Below, in pieces: positions 12,547 to 24,119 of a stretch of DNA of 64,000 nt. Under the pieces are notes generated by a model. The model was not told the origin of the DNA. It worked only from the letters and a program-made list of their open reading frames with translations, and searched no databases. How positions within the stretch are numbered: the first letter of the stretch is position 1; every line of letters starts with the position of its first letter. The position numbers and the translations under genes are program-made. Origin of the DNA: Macrostomum lignano (taxonomy: Eukaryota); contig NIVC01000019.1 in assembly GCA_002269645.1 (NCBI GenBank), positions 434,001 through 498,000 on the forward strand, given 5' to 3'.

Positions 12547-12856
12547 CAGGGGTCGGCAGACTTGTGTACCTTCCGGTGCTATATAGAGAACCTAGAGCAT
12601 GACTGCGGGCCAGATGAGAGGAGAAATGAGACGGAATAGAGAAGAGAGAAAGGAGAGGCGAGAGGAGAGTTGAACTAGGAGAGAGGAGAGAGGACAGAGA
12701 TAGGAGGAGAGAGGAGAAAGAGAGGAGAGAAAATGAGTAGAGAAGGAAGATGAGAGGAGAGGAAAGAGGAGAGGAGAGGAGAGAAGAGAAGAGGAGAGGA
12801 GAGTAAGAGGAGAAGGGTTGCATGGTGACGCGCGGGCCGGAGTTCACTGACCCCTG
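12547..12856. mobile_element. hAT-like non-autonomous element (CAGGGGTC...GACCCCTG) with an internal purine-rich tract
   Basis: Termini CAGGGGTCGGCAGAC and GTTCACTGACCCCTG. A related 5' end (CAGGGGTTGGCAAA...CTGCAGGCCAGATGAGAG plus a GA-rich tract) occurs at 53245. No clean TSD seen. Confidence 0.55.
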
Positions 12857-13180
12857 CCTTCATAAACAACCTGACATCTCCCTGACGCCCGGGCTGGAGT
12901 TCACTGACCCTGCCTTCATAAACAACCTGACATCTCCCTGACGCGCGAGCTGGAGTTCACTGACCCCTGCCTTCATAAACAACCTGACATCTCCCTGACG
13001 CCCGGGCTGGAGTTCACTGACCCTGCCTTCATAAACAACCTGACATCTCCCTGACGCGCGAGCTGGAGTTCACTGACCCCTGCCTTCATAAACAACCTGA
13101 CATCTCCCTGACGCCCGGGCTGGAGTTCACTGACCCATGCCTTCATAAACAACCTGACATCTCCCTGACGCCCGGGCCAT
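12830..13180. repeat. ~57-bp tandem repeat x6 containing the right end of the hAT-like element plus flank
   Basis: Unit CTTCATAAACAACCTGACATCTCCCTGACGCCCGGGCTGGAGTTCACTGACCCCTGC. Confidence 0.9.
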
Positions 13181-13228
13181 ATGAATCTACGCTCGTATTG
13201 TGAATCGAAATTAGTAATAAAAATCTAT

Positions 13229-13687
13229 TTAATATTTAGCCAACGAGCTCAACTGTTTCCGTAGGTGATCTTTAAAGACGCTGTTTCTGAAACTGCCACC
13301 GCAAATCTGACTGGCGTTTCCATTGCACGCCAGGCTGCAGTCGGACGCGTTCGCCGCCCCCTGCGATCCGTAGGAGTTCCCGCAGGCGCACCACTGCGAG
13401 GCCTGCAGCGCCATGTACTGGAAGCTGCCGAGTGAGCAGATCCTGCCGCAGAGCTCGTGGGCCATGCTGTGGCTTAGGTAAAAAAAAGCATTTTCCAGCT
13501 GGTCAATGACGACGCTGCCGACCCTGGTGATGCCCATGTACTTCAGACCGTTGATGTCTCTCACGCCGTCCTTGCCGTCCACATAGCAGCCGAGGCCTTC
13601 GAATTGGAACTGCCGACTCAGAGCTGCGGCTGAACAGACTGAGAAGACCACAAGGACAAGTTTAACGCAGCTGAGCACTGCTGACAT
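13229..13687 (-). CDS. Secreted single WSC-domain (carbohydrate-binding) protein, 152 aa
   Basis: Hydrophobic signal peptide, then the WSC cysteine pattern LGCYVD...LCGRICS...YMALQASQWCACGN...DCSLACNGNASQICGG..RNSVF. Confidence 0.85.
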   Translation of the reverse strand: MSAVLSCVKLVLVVFSVCSAAALSRQFQFEGLGCYVDGKDGVRDINGLKYMGITRVGSVVIDQLENAFFYLSHSMAHELCGRICSLGSFQYMALQASQWCACGNSYGSQGAANASDCSLACNGNASQICGGSFRNSVFKDHLRKQLSSLAKY

Positions 13688-14018
13688 TGCTGTGGAGCAA
13701 TTGCCTCATTATGCCTGCGACTACAGTATACAACAGTTTATAAACTCATGCAGTGAGCATTGAGTCCCGTTGCGTGTGAGCCTGGCTTCACTCCCCGCCT
13801 CATTCCGAGATTCTGCCAACCTGCCAAGCAACAACTGGTATTGACGCGGCGTTATTTCTGCGGGTAATATCTTGCCTATAGCCTTAGCCCCGGGAGTGCG
13901 GACCGGATCTCACCCCACCCAGCCTCTCCACCTGTAGCACATCCGTACTGTTGCCATAGAGCTCAAATACTCGTAGTACTCATAGCTAGTTATCCCAACA
14001 GTTATCTCAGCAACCCCG

Positions 14019-14295
14019 CGTAGCCCAGTTGTCCAGCACGGCGCTCTGGTGTGCCAGCGGCCCAGGCTCGATTCCAAGTGCAGTCGCATTTCTTTGGGGC
14101 TAAATTGGAATCTCAGCTTGGCTCTGCTCGTGCAACTAACGTCCTTGAAGGCCAACCCCCAAAGACACAGTGAAGTGTACATGCCTAACGATAAATAAAG
14201 TTAGGGCCGCTTTACACTCCTGTGTGAGTGTGTGCCTGTGCGCATCCGCTCGCTTGTGTGCCTGCTCAGGGGAGTCGGCGGAATGGGCAGCAATG
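14019..14295 (+). mobile_element. tRNA-derived SINE family A, copy 2
   Basis: CGTAGCCCAGTT...GGCTCGATTCCAAG head; colinear with the reverse complement of 1205-1491. Confidence 0.7.
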
Positions 14296-14990
14296 CCTCT
14301 CTCCGGTTGTGACAATGTCGTTTGAAGTGCGCCAGGATGCACACAGCGCCCTGTATCCAATAAAAGCAAAGCCATCTCAGCAACCAACTGCAGTAGGCAT
14401 CATATTGCAATTAAAGAGGTAGCAGAAACTGTGCAATGAAGGCTGCTCTCCTTCCAGATATTTCCCATGATTCTACCAAACTGTTTCACAGGCATAATAA
14501 ATGAGGCTGAACTCCACAAAAATTAATGAGTTTAAACAGTCACAGCTAAAATTTTATTTTAAAAAGTTTTCCAGCAGTCAGTTTGCTATTTTATGAATTT
14601 CTGCATGCCTCCAAAGCAAACTCATCTCATCCATGTAAAGATTGTCAATGTAAATGGGTGTACAGGCCCTGGTGACAGAATGCCTACTCCGGACCCAAAG
14701 AATTCACACCAAAGACTCGCTCCAAGGACGTGGCTGCTGCCGAACTTGAGGTTCCTCGCTGTCGTCGCTCTGATAACTTACTCGCTTTCAAGCCGTGAAT
14801 GTCTACTGTGAATGTTCTGATATACTCGTATTTAGGTTAATGCTATGTAGGTCTGGTATTTCAGCCTTCGGGCAAAAGCAGCTCTAGTGACGAGGCGACC
14901 CTAGGTGCGCAACCCTAATATGCTCGTAACTGCAAAGATGAAATAAGTAACAACCCTAAGCCGACAGACAGGCAGGGTGAGAGAGAGAGG

Positions 14991-15033
14991 CCGCGTGCTG
15001 ATTGGATCCCCAGCGGATCCAATCAGCACGCGG
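14991..15033. other. Perfect 19-bp inverted repeat with a 5-nt loop, carrying two opposed CCAAT motifs
   Basis: CCGCGTGCTGATTGGATCC-ccagc-GGATCCAATCAGCACGCGG. Confidence 0.85.
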
Positions 15034-15065
15034 GAGGGGGGCTTAGGCGCAGACGAGGGTAGGGA

Positions 15066-15397
15066 CCAAGGATGATGTATAACAACTGGATTGTCAAACT
15101 TCTACTCCACCTAAAAGGGTCGAATATGTCTAAAATGTGACTCGCAAATACCCTGCTTCCAGCTCATTGGCTGCTATTTTTAGCTCACTTGCTATACTGA
15201 CCTATGCAAAAACGAGCCGTGGTGGATAAATGTAGGCCAGGGGTGTGTTTTCAAGGTTGTTAAATATCTTCCTAGTGTATTTGAAACCCTCCAGCCAATG
15301 AGCATGAAGGAGGGGATTTGCGGTCTAAATTTAAGCATGATTTAGAGCCAGTCTGACAGTCTGACAGTCTGATCCAGTTGTTATATATCATCCTTGG
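15066..15397. mobile_element. MITE with ~27-bp TIRs (CCAAGGATGATRTATAACAACTGGAT)
   Basis: TIRs are near-perfect. Flanks give either TAGGGA (6 bp exact) or GTAGGGAC/GTAGGGAA (8 bp, one mismatch, P-like if the ends are CAAGG). Confidence 0.75.
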
Positions 15398-16174
15398 TAG
15401 GGAACGAAATGAGCAAATAAGAAATAGGTGAAAGGAATAAACAAAAAATAGAGAAAATAAGTGCAATTGACGAATAACAAAAATGAGTGTATGTCAACGC
15501 CTTGCACGCGAAATCACCACGCCTAAGAAAAAATAAACATGGAGACAAAATTTCCAGAATTGACCTTTTTCAGACACCCATACTGGTTGTGCTTAATATA
15601 TGTTAATCTATATCGCTTATTTTGCTAAGTTTTCGTCACTGCATCGCAAGAATCGCCTGTTAGGGACGAGCAAACCTGGCTTTAGCCTTGTAGCCTCGCT
15701 GCTAAACTGAAAGTTTGAAATGAAGTCAGAGCAACGGCTGGGACACTGGGACGAAATCCAGCCCCTTCAAGTTCAGTGTGCAGCTATTCAAAAACAACTC
15801 CCAGTTATTGAGCGATTTTCTATAAAACTTTAAACCGCTTACTGATCGGAATCGGAACTGCAAACTTTAGACTCAACCAAACTTCTCACCTTTAGGGGGA
15901 TTTCCCAGATCGATCAACATCCGGGATCTTAATCCTAGCAGAAATCTGAAAATCTTATAACTACCCCTGCACAATCCTTCAAAACAGATTCGCTTCGTCA
16001 CATATGTTTCGTGGCAGGAATGCGCTCGTGTAGGACTGACTGTTGTGCCTCGGTAGCTCGTCCGTATACCCAGAATCCTTTTGCTGCGGTAGATACTGCA
16101 CTATACAGACTGGTTAGCTGATACATGTAAGTATTAATGTTTAATTGCGCTGCTTACATTTTGAATTCGTCTGC

Positions 16175-16335
16175 TAAGTTGAGAGTTCAGCCAACCAAGT
16201 TGAGAGTTCAGCCAAACAAGTTGAGAGTTCAGCCAAACAAGTTGAGAGTTCAGCCAAACAAGTTGAGAGTTCAGCCAAACAAGTTGAGAGTTCAGCCAAC
16301 CAAGTTGAGAGTTCAGCCAACCAAGTTGAGAGTTC
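16175..16335. repeat. 21-bp minisatellite (AAGTTGAGAGTTCAGCCAAMC), ~8 copies
   Basis: Tandem units read directly. Confidence 0.9.
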
Positions 16336-16367
16336 CGATCTTTACTGCATGGTAGTTGATGTTTAAG

Positions 16368-16590
<223 letters not shown>

Positions 16591-16840
16591 CTGACGTTGC
16601 TGCTGGCATCCTTTTTTGTGCTGATGTCTATTGGCGAAATACCTACTTGGTTGCCCTTTTAGCATTACCGTTTTGCCGTTAATAGCAACGAATTGTTGTA
16701 TTCTGCGAGTAGGTTTCACAGCATGCATAAACTGCCCACACGTGGAATGATGTTATTTTGAGTCCATTTTAACACTGTAGCCTTTTAATTCAATGTTTCT
16801 GTCGCTACTTTTATTATTCCCGCAGATTGAGCTGCTTCCA

Positions 16841-17994
16841 ATGCGTCCAAAAGTCGTTGCATTTCTGTTGCTGCTTTTGCTAATCTTCGCGGGCCTTGTA
16901 TACAGGCACCATGGGCTGTCATTGATCCGGCCAGAGGGCGGAGCCAGACTCAGGCTGACGGGAATTCGCTGCGTCTGCCACGACCGGAAGTGCAAGGCAG
17001 CTTTGCACTCGATGATGGACATGAGAACCGACCGAGTGCCACGGATTCGGCACATTCTGTGGAAGTCCGACCGAGTGTCCGCCTACTTTGCAAAGCAGCT
17101 CAAGTCGTGGACCGACATTCACCCGGGCTGGACCTACGTTCTGTGGCGCGACGCCGACCTGGATAGGTTTGTTGCCAAGCACTACACAGGTGCATTGCAG
17201 AAGTTCAGGTCGCTAAAGGAGAACATCATGCGAGTGGACATGGCTCGCTACTTAATTCTCCACCATGTGAGCGTAAATCTCTGGGTGTTTATTAGCGATC
17301 ATTATGCAATCTGACTCAACCGAGCTCGACCTTTCAGTTCGGAGGAGTTTACGCAGACCTGGATTACACGCTGGTGCGCTCGCTGGATCCATTCCTCAAG
17401 TACACTGCCGTAGTGCCTATCGAGACTGAGGCTTTCGCTCTGCTCTATTTCGGCATGAGCACCTGGCCACCAGACCTACTTGGAAACCCGGCGTTCATGT
17501 TTTCCGTGCCACAGCATCCGTTTTTCTTTTTCTGCATCCTTCAGCTGATGGCGAATCCCGCCACCGATGTGTTCACGTTCGCTGGTCCGCTGGGACTCTC
17601 AGCCATGCTGAAGCGGTACGCCACTGACCGACCAGCCGTCTCCGATCTCAGCGATGTGGTGTTCGTGCCGGTGTCAAGAGCGTTCTCCTCCTACGCAAAC
17701 AACAGCCTACGAAGCAGCACGAGCGAGTACAAGGGCGGCATCATGGACGCTCTGAACAGGCAGTGCGATGCAGTTCGAAAGTCGACCGTCTCTCCGCCAG
17801 AGTTGAAGTCCTACTGCAAGGATGTGTACAACCTGGATCCCATCACCGACCGCAGGGAGCTCGCGTTCGCCATTCACGACAGCAACAAGGCGCGGTCGTC
17901 CTACGACAAGCGAGGCTCGCCACAGTTTTACAAAGACTCTGTGAGCATTCGGACCGTAGTGCCGAATGTTCGGATGGCGAGGGAGATTATCTGA
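16841..17994 (+). CDS. Type II membrane glycosyltransferase, GT32 / OCH1-SUR1-like DXD sugar-binding family, 2 exons
   Basis: Exons 16841-17266 and 17338-17994 (CAT|GTGAGC...TTTCAG|TTC, phase 0). N-terminal TM anchor, then VPRIRHILWK, SW...HPGWTYVLWRDAD, RVDMARYLILHHFGGVYADLD and P.HPFF...GPLGL. Confidence 0.85.
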
Positions 17995-18059
17995 CGCAAT
18001 TCTAAATCTACTTGTGCGTGGGCCTTTGAGCATTCTGTTCTGTTGGTACAATTGAGTCT

Positions 18060-18135
18060 GTACGTACAGCAGATTCTGTAGGTACAGAAGATTCTGTAGG
18101 TACAGCAGATTCTGCAGGTACAGCAGGTTCTGTAG
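18060..18135. repeat. 18-bp repeat x4 (GTACAGCAGATTCTGTAG) just 3' of the glycosyltransferase
   Basis: Tandem units read directly. Confidence 0.8.
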
Positions 18136-19146
18136 GAGCGGTCTACACTATTCTTCACTGTTGGTTATTTTATTTGCAAAAAACTACTTTACGAGATTTA
18201 ACTCAAGTAATAGATGTCACATATTGCAATATATGATAGCTGTATGCAATCTGTTAAATTGCTGGAAATGTATGCAATGGGAGTGATAGAGTAACACTGG
18301 CTTTATCAATTTTTGTCATCTGAATGTCATCTGGAATCATTTTACTACGTGGTTTTAAACTGCACCTTTTAATCATAATTAATTAAGTATGTAATTTATA
18401 AATAATTTGTTTCTGTCCTGGTTTCCTGGGTCAGCTGCATAAAGTTTGCGGTGTTTTTTCGCTGGTTTTAGTTTGCCTGCCGAGGTATGACTTAAATGGA
18501 CTAAAATTTTCACCCATCGAAAGCCCTTTATGACTTTTCATTTACTTTTTATTTAATGAGAGATAAGTAAAAGAATTACCAGAGGCCAACATATTTTTTC
18601 CCAGGAATCGGTGTCGTTAGCGCTTTTCCCTCTCAGGGAGTCTACAAATCGCATTTAAATTTCCTGAAGGGTTCGAACTGTGTCATGATGAAATGTTCTC
18701 ACTTAGAGTAAAATACAAAAAGCTCTGTATTTTAACCAAACAGCCTAATTATTGATCAAAACGATTGACCAATTCAGTTTCAAAAAGTTCGAGCTTAAGT
18801 TCGAGCGTAAGGTCGAGTTTTCATTCCGGGTTCAGGCTTCGGGGTTTGATAAAAATGTTCAGGTCAGGGTTCGTGGTTGGGGTAAGGGGGTACCGGGACG
18901 CTGGAATTCGACCGACAAGATTTCAAGCGACTTTATTTTACGCGACTTACAATTGAAGCGGGGTCAAGGGGGCGCTGAGCCCATTTGCACACCAGCACAC
19001 AAGACAAAGAAATAATGAAATCCAAAAATTGTCTATGGCCAAAACTCCTTATTTTGCGAATTGAAAAAATAGTAACTGATACTAAGAATTATTAAGCAGC
19101 ACTAAGCTTTACTTTTTAAATATACAAGTTGTAGAAACATTAACTA

Positions 19147-19608
19147 GGTATTGCTTTTGTCAGCCTAACTGAGAATAAAGCCACCCAAAATGAGAATCCT
19201 GCCTACGCTGACTGCGAAGGGCCTGGCTGCGTGCAGCCTTAGTCTATGGGCCATAGACAATAAAGGACAAGCAAAGTGATAAAAAGCCATCCAATGTGAG
19301 AATCGATTGGTCTATGCGTCGTATTCTTTTATTTTTATACCTTCTGAGCTTCTGAGCCATATGACTAGCCAATCCTAGCTTATCCTTTATAGTCTATGGC
19401 TCATAGACTAGGCTGAACGCAGCTAGGCCCTTCGTATTCAGCGTAGGCAGGATTCTCACATTGGATGGCTTTTTATCACTTTGCTTATCCTTTATAGTCT
19501 ATGGCCCATAGACTAAGGCTGCACGCAGCCAGGCCTTTCGCAGTTAGCGTAGGCAGGATTCTCACTTTGGATGGCTTTATTCTCAGTTAGGCTGACAAAA
19601 CCAATACT
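19147..19608. mobile_element. Foldback MITE with long TIRs and a TA target duplication (Tc1/mariner-type)
   Basis: TA|GGTATTGCTTTTGTCAGCCTAACTGAGAATAAAGCCA...TGGCTTTATTCTCAGTTAGGCTGACAAAACCAATACT|TA; most of the element is self-complementary. Confidence 0.8.
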
Positions 19609-19812
19609 TATATGCATACGAGTTTTTTTACTTATTGAAGTTGGCCATAGATTATTGCAGCGGGCGGGATGCCGTGCGTTTCTCCCCGTTTCAACACGCC
19701 TAGGCTAACTATAATACACCTTTTCACGTTCAATTTTGATCAAAGTCCAGTTCTAAAAAAACTAGCGGAAATTCAATTCAGACAATTTAGACTGGGGCCT
19801 GGCAGTCTAACC

Positions 19813-21731
19813 CATGGATGAATGAATAGAATGGATTGCTATTCTGGCTCTGGCTATTTTCGTTTTTGACTCTTTTGCATCCGGTTCCCCCCGTGCCTTT
19901 TCATTGGTTGATGATTGCCATAGACAATTTTCGGCCTTCGCCCCTTTCTTTCGATGCACAAGCGCTAAGAACTGAGAATGTCAGTTACTTGCAGAGAATA
20001 TCGAGCGCTCGATATTCTCTGGTTACTTGTTTGTCAATTGAAGTTGTTAATTGAAGCAGAGGAATGATAACAAATCCCCTGCAAATTACAACAGTAATGA
20101 TTTCAGATTTTCATGTCGAGGGTGATGATGAGGGTGCGATGACAATGCTACAATAATGGATTACTGGCGATGCTTTATCTGAATTTTACTATTGGAGTTA
20201 TGAAATTGGTTTTAAAGTTCTATTTCAACACAAGTAACTTCTATTTCGCCCATCATCATCATCGAGGGAGTACCTTTGTGTGTGCATCACGCATCAAAAC
20301 TTGTGGTACACGATTCTATTAACGTACATGACAACACAGACTGTTAGAATGGTGAAATTGAGTGAAATTGGAACAGGAAAACAACACACATATACGATAC
20401 CAGTAACGATGAGAACAGACTGTTAGAATGATTAAATCATATGAAATTAGAGTCGGAACACTACAGCTGCGCAACACCTTCGCCGAGGTCCTCATGGCCA
20501 ATCACGCTTTCCTTTGCTTTACTCCAGCATAACTGCTTTCTAATCACCACCCCATCAATCACCAGCACCCATTCACAGCTCATCTTCGACTCTATACTGA
20601 GGTCTCGAATCTTTCCAATTGCAGTCGCCGAAACTCCGGGACTTCCGTCGGAATTGCACAACCATTTGCGGATTGTGGAAGAAGCAGGTAGCCTAATAAA
20701 TCTACTCACTACTGAGTACGCCTTCGGCGAGCAATAGTGCAATCGAGCAGCAAAGGCACGCATAGCAACCGAGAATGCGCCTCGCTTTTCTTTTGTAGTA
20801 TGCTGTAGCAGAATCTTGCCATTTTCTGTCAGAAAAGACCGAACGCGACTGGCGACGTAGCTGGAGATCTTAGAGCATTTCTGCAAATTTCGAACTCTTT
20901 CCATCGCAGCCCGCAGTTTGCGATTTGCCAGCAAAAGCTGCCTGCGACTGCGCTTAAACTGCAGGATCAATTTCATCCGTTCAAATTGCATACTTTTGAT
21001 AGTGCGTCTGAGCATTGCATTCCGTCTTAGCGCTTGCGCATGTTTTTGCTTTGTGACCTTTTCAGCTCTCACCGATGTTGACGATACTGGCTGCTGTTGT
21101 TGTGGAGTGCCAACTGGCTCCTCGTCAGCGAGTATCGACGGTAGGTGTTCCGGCTTTGGCACAGATCCGGGTCTTAGCCGCTTCCTGTAGGCGCCAGGCG
21201 ATTGTGTTCCCTGTGCGCTAATGATGAAGTCAGACGCCGCAAAGTGCTTCTCACACAATACTGAGCTCTTTGTCAAGACAAACTGCGGTGCCATCTTCAC
21301 ATTGCTCATCCATTCGGTCAGTTGAAGTGGAGATTTGACAGGAAAAGAAAAGAAGCTGATATTCACTCCAGTGTCGTCCCGCATCCCTAACTTGGATAGA
21401 CATCCTAGTGCAGCACAGTAGCGCTTTGAGCCATTAGGCATGGTAGTGATAAAAGTAAAATAAGCAGTGAGTAAACAACAAAAACAAGCGCAAAGAACTG
21501 ATTTTATTGTAGACGAATCGACTCTCGAATCGTGCTTGTAGGTCTTCCCCCTTTATTTCAAAACACGAGCGAAAGCGCTTGTGCATCGAAAGAAAGGGGC
21601 GAAGGCCGAAAATTGTCTATGGCAATCATCAACCAATGAAAAGGCACGGGGGGGGGGAACCGGATGCAAAAGAGTCAAAAACGAAAATAGCCAGAGCCAG
21701 AATAGCAATCCATTCTATTCATTCATCCATG
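19813..21731 (-). mobile_element. Internally deleted P-superfamily DNA transposon (1919 bp), ~155-bp TIRs, 8-bp TSD
   Basis: TSD GTCTAACC at 19805-19812 and 21732-21739. TIRs start CATGGATGAATGAATAGAATGG (19813-19966 versus 21574-21731). Contains a THAP-transposase fragment. Confidence 0.92.
20461..21441 (-). CDS. THAP domain + coiled coil + truncated N-terminal part of a P-element transposase (326 aa)
   Basis: C2CH THAP (CAALGC...FFSFP...W...LCEKHF...LRPGSVP) and a basic heptad region. Then LHYCSPKAY...LPASSTIRKW and LVIDGVVIRK (first catalytic Asp) before an early stop. Confidence 0.85.
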   Translation of the reverse strand: MPNGSKRYCAALGCLSKLGMRDDTGVNISFFSFPVKSPLQLTEWMSNVKMAPQFVLTKSSVLCEKHFAASDFIISAQGTQSPGAYRKRLRPGSVPKPEHLPSILADEEPVGTPQQQQPVSSTSVRAEKVTKQKHAQALRRNAMLRRTIKSMQFERMKLILQFKRSRRQLLLANRKLRAAMERVRNLQKCSKISSYVASRVRSFLTENGKILLQHTTKEKRGAFSVAMRAFAARLHYCSPKAYSVVSRFIRLPASSTIRKWLCNSDGSPGVSATAIGKIRDLSIESKMSCEWVLVIDGVVIRKQLCWSKAKESVIGHEDLGEGVAQL

Positions 21732-22456
21732 GTCTAACCCCAGTTCAAAACATTCTAACCGAAGTAAGGTTTAGCCATAGACAAAATTATCCTCAGTCTG
21801 AATTGAAATTCCGCTATTATGAATGAAAACAAGCTCATATAAGCCCATATTTGGAATTTGGCCCATAAACACTGAAAGAAACTGCGTCCCTATTTCTATC
21901 TCGCTGAGCAAAAAGATTAGCTGACTGACTACAGTTCTCTAGCTATTTCGTTGTGTTGTTTCTTAGACCTAAAAGACAGGCTTTAGGATCAAGCCTTCCC
22001 TCAAGCACGAAGCCTTGAATGAATCAGCTCGGACCATGGAGGAAAGAATAGACTGGAGTGCTAATCTGAGCCAGTTATTTTTGTCTCGCTCGATCTTAAC
22101 TTTTAACATCCACTTCCCCCCGTTCTTTCCTATTGGCTCGTGACTGCCATAGACAAGTATTTTTCGTCTCGTTTTCGTTTTCGTTCCCCTCTGAAAGGTC
22201 TGTCCCAGCACAGTACGAGCTCGCATCAAAATATGCTTTCAGCCAATAAACAGGGGAAAAGGATGTTAAATATAAATAACTGGCTCAGATTAGCATTCCA
22301 TTCTATTCTTTCCTCCATGGCTCGGACCCACCTCCTCCACTCCCTCTCTCTCTATCTTATCCACACCAGAGTGTGGGTTGCACAGAAACGTAGAGCCGTC
22401 AAGATTTGATGCGTTGGAGTCAGTGCACAGCTTAGTTGTGTTGTATGCTGCAGCAC

Positions 22457-23191
22457 TCGGGCAGCTCAACCGCTTAGGCGCCTCCAACAAGGTGTCCCTA
22501 AGGTGGATCCCTGGGCACTTGGGCCACCCTGGCAACGAGCTGGCCGATCGCCTGGCCAAGGCTGGCTCGACCGGTTTTTTCTGGTCCCCTGCCCGTGGCC
22601 CCCACCCCCACCGCCGTTGTCACCATTCGGATCAACCAGCGGGTGGCTTCTAAGCACAGGGAAAGGTGGGCTAACGCCTCCGACTGCCGGCAATCCCGCG
22701 CGGCTGTCCCCTGTCCTTCCTCCGCCCTGCGCAGGGCCCTGCTTGGACCCAACCGCAGGGACATCAGGGCGGTGACCATGGCCCTCTCAGGTCATGGCTG
22801 CTTTGCCAGGCATCGTCACCTCCAGGGAAAAATCCGCAGTGAGGATTGCCCCTTCTGCCTCTCCGGTATCGAGAATGCGGAGCACTTCATCTGTGAATGC
22901 CACGTCTTTACTCAGGACAGGCTCACCTACCTCGGCCCAAACCCGGACCTCTACGACGTTTTTAGGCCCGAGAATCTCTGCCCGAGAACCTAAGGGCTAC
23001 CGTGCGAGCGACTATCCACCTCCTGGACTCGCCGGAGGGGGACCGCGCTGCGGACACCGGCACCACCGGATCTCCTTGCGCGAAACCGCAGCACCAGCTG
23101 CCCGTGGTCGCCAGGGGTTAGCGAAATGGGCAGCAACGCCTCCTCGCTGTTTCCGGACGCACGGAGCTCCTTATAGCTAAGTCTAAGTCTA
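22457..23191 (+). mobile_element. 5'-truncated non-LTR retrotransposon (RNase H-bearing, I/R1-group-like) 3' end
   Basis: RNase H C-terminus ([23 protein letters not shown]), a frameshift in a T run near 22575-22580, a CCHC knuckle (CPFC...[10 protein letters not shown]), a (TAAGTC)n tail and a 12-bp TSD ATGCTGCAGCAC at 22445-22456 and 23192-23203. Confidence 0.88.
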
Positions 23192-23762
23192 ATGCTGCAG
23201 CACGGGTGCGATCCGTCGCTCCAGTTGTTGAAACGTGTCAAAGCGCATTCTACGAGTAAAGCGCTGAACAAAGTCGCCATCGTTGTCCATGAACGCTCTC
23301 TTCCAACGTCGTCGTCTACTTCCAACAATTGGAGCAGATCCATGATGCAAATGCTAGTTCTAGTTGGCTTTTACCCTGCTTTGAGGGTGGATTAAAATTT
23401 TCTTGATTTTATCAATGAGTTCTTACCAGTGGTAGACTGATATAAGAGCTTCGTAAAATTGTATTCAGCACCTCTGCTACACAAAAATTGTCTATGGACA
23501 TCGATGCTTGATGAGTGGTAGAAAAACAGTGCTTTGTAAAATAGAAATAGAAAAATACCGCTGGTTCGCTGGTAATTACCAGTGGTAAGTGCTTCGTAAA
23601 ATTGGTCTCAGGACGCGAATGCGCCCGAACACGCCCTGGGCCATAGACAGCAGCTTGGTAACGTAACGCTGCATGCATCTGCGCACGGCTTGGCATTGAA
23701 TAGAGAACTATATGTAATGGTCCAGCGAAGTCGAAGTCAAGCGGATTATCAAATTTCAAAAG

Positions 23763-24119
23763 ATGCAAGCTTACAATGAGTCTGCGGAGCTCGGCAGCAA
23801 CCGCACCGAAATTTGCGCCCAGCCGATGGACAAAGCCGTTCAGAAAGTCCTATGGGTGCTGAACATCTACACCATGCTGACATTTCTGTACACCTGCGTA
23901 TTTTTATTGATCTGTCGCAATGTTAACCAGCGTCACGACGCTCAGGTTCGCGCCGTGGCCAAGGTGCTGCGCAGAGCGAAGCCGTCTGACCTGCTGAATA
24001 CCACGGAGAAGCAGGTGCACATAGCCAAGCAGAATCACAGGAACAGTATGAGCACCTCCGCGGCTAGCTTCGGCCTGAGACAGCTGACAGGACTGAGCTC
24101 GCATCAGATTATACCGTGA
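23763..24119 (+). CDS. Putative small single-pass membrane protein (118 aa) or terminal exon
   Basis: GC-rich coding-like sequence in an AT-rich context. An acceptor-like TTTCAAAAG| lies directly before the ATG. N-terminal NES/NRT sequons and one hydrophobic helix (VLWVLNIYTMLTFLYTCVFLLIC) are followed by a basic tail. Confidence 0.4.
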   Translation: MQAYNESAELGSNRTEICAQPMDKAVQKVLWVLNIYTMLTFLYTCVFLLICRNVNQRHDAQVRAVAKVLRRAKPSDLLNTTEKQVHIAKQNHRNSMSTSAASFGLRQLTGLSSHQIIP

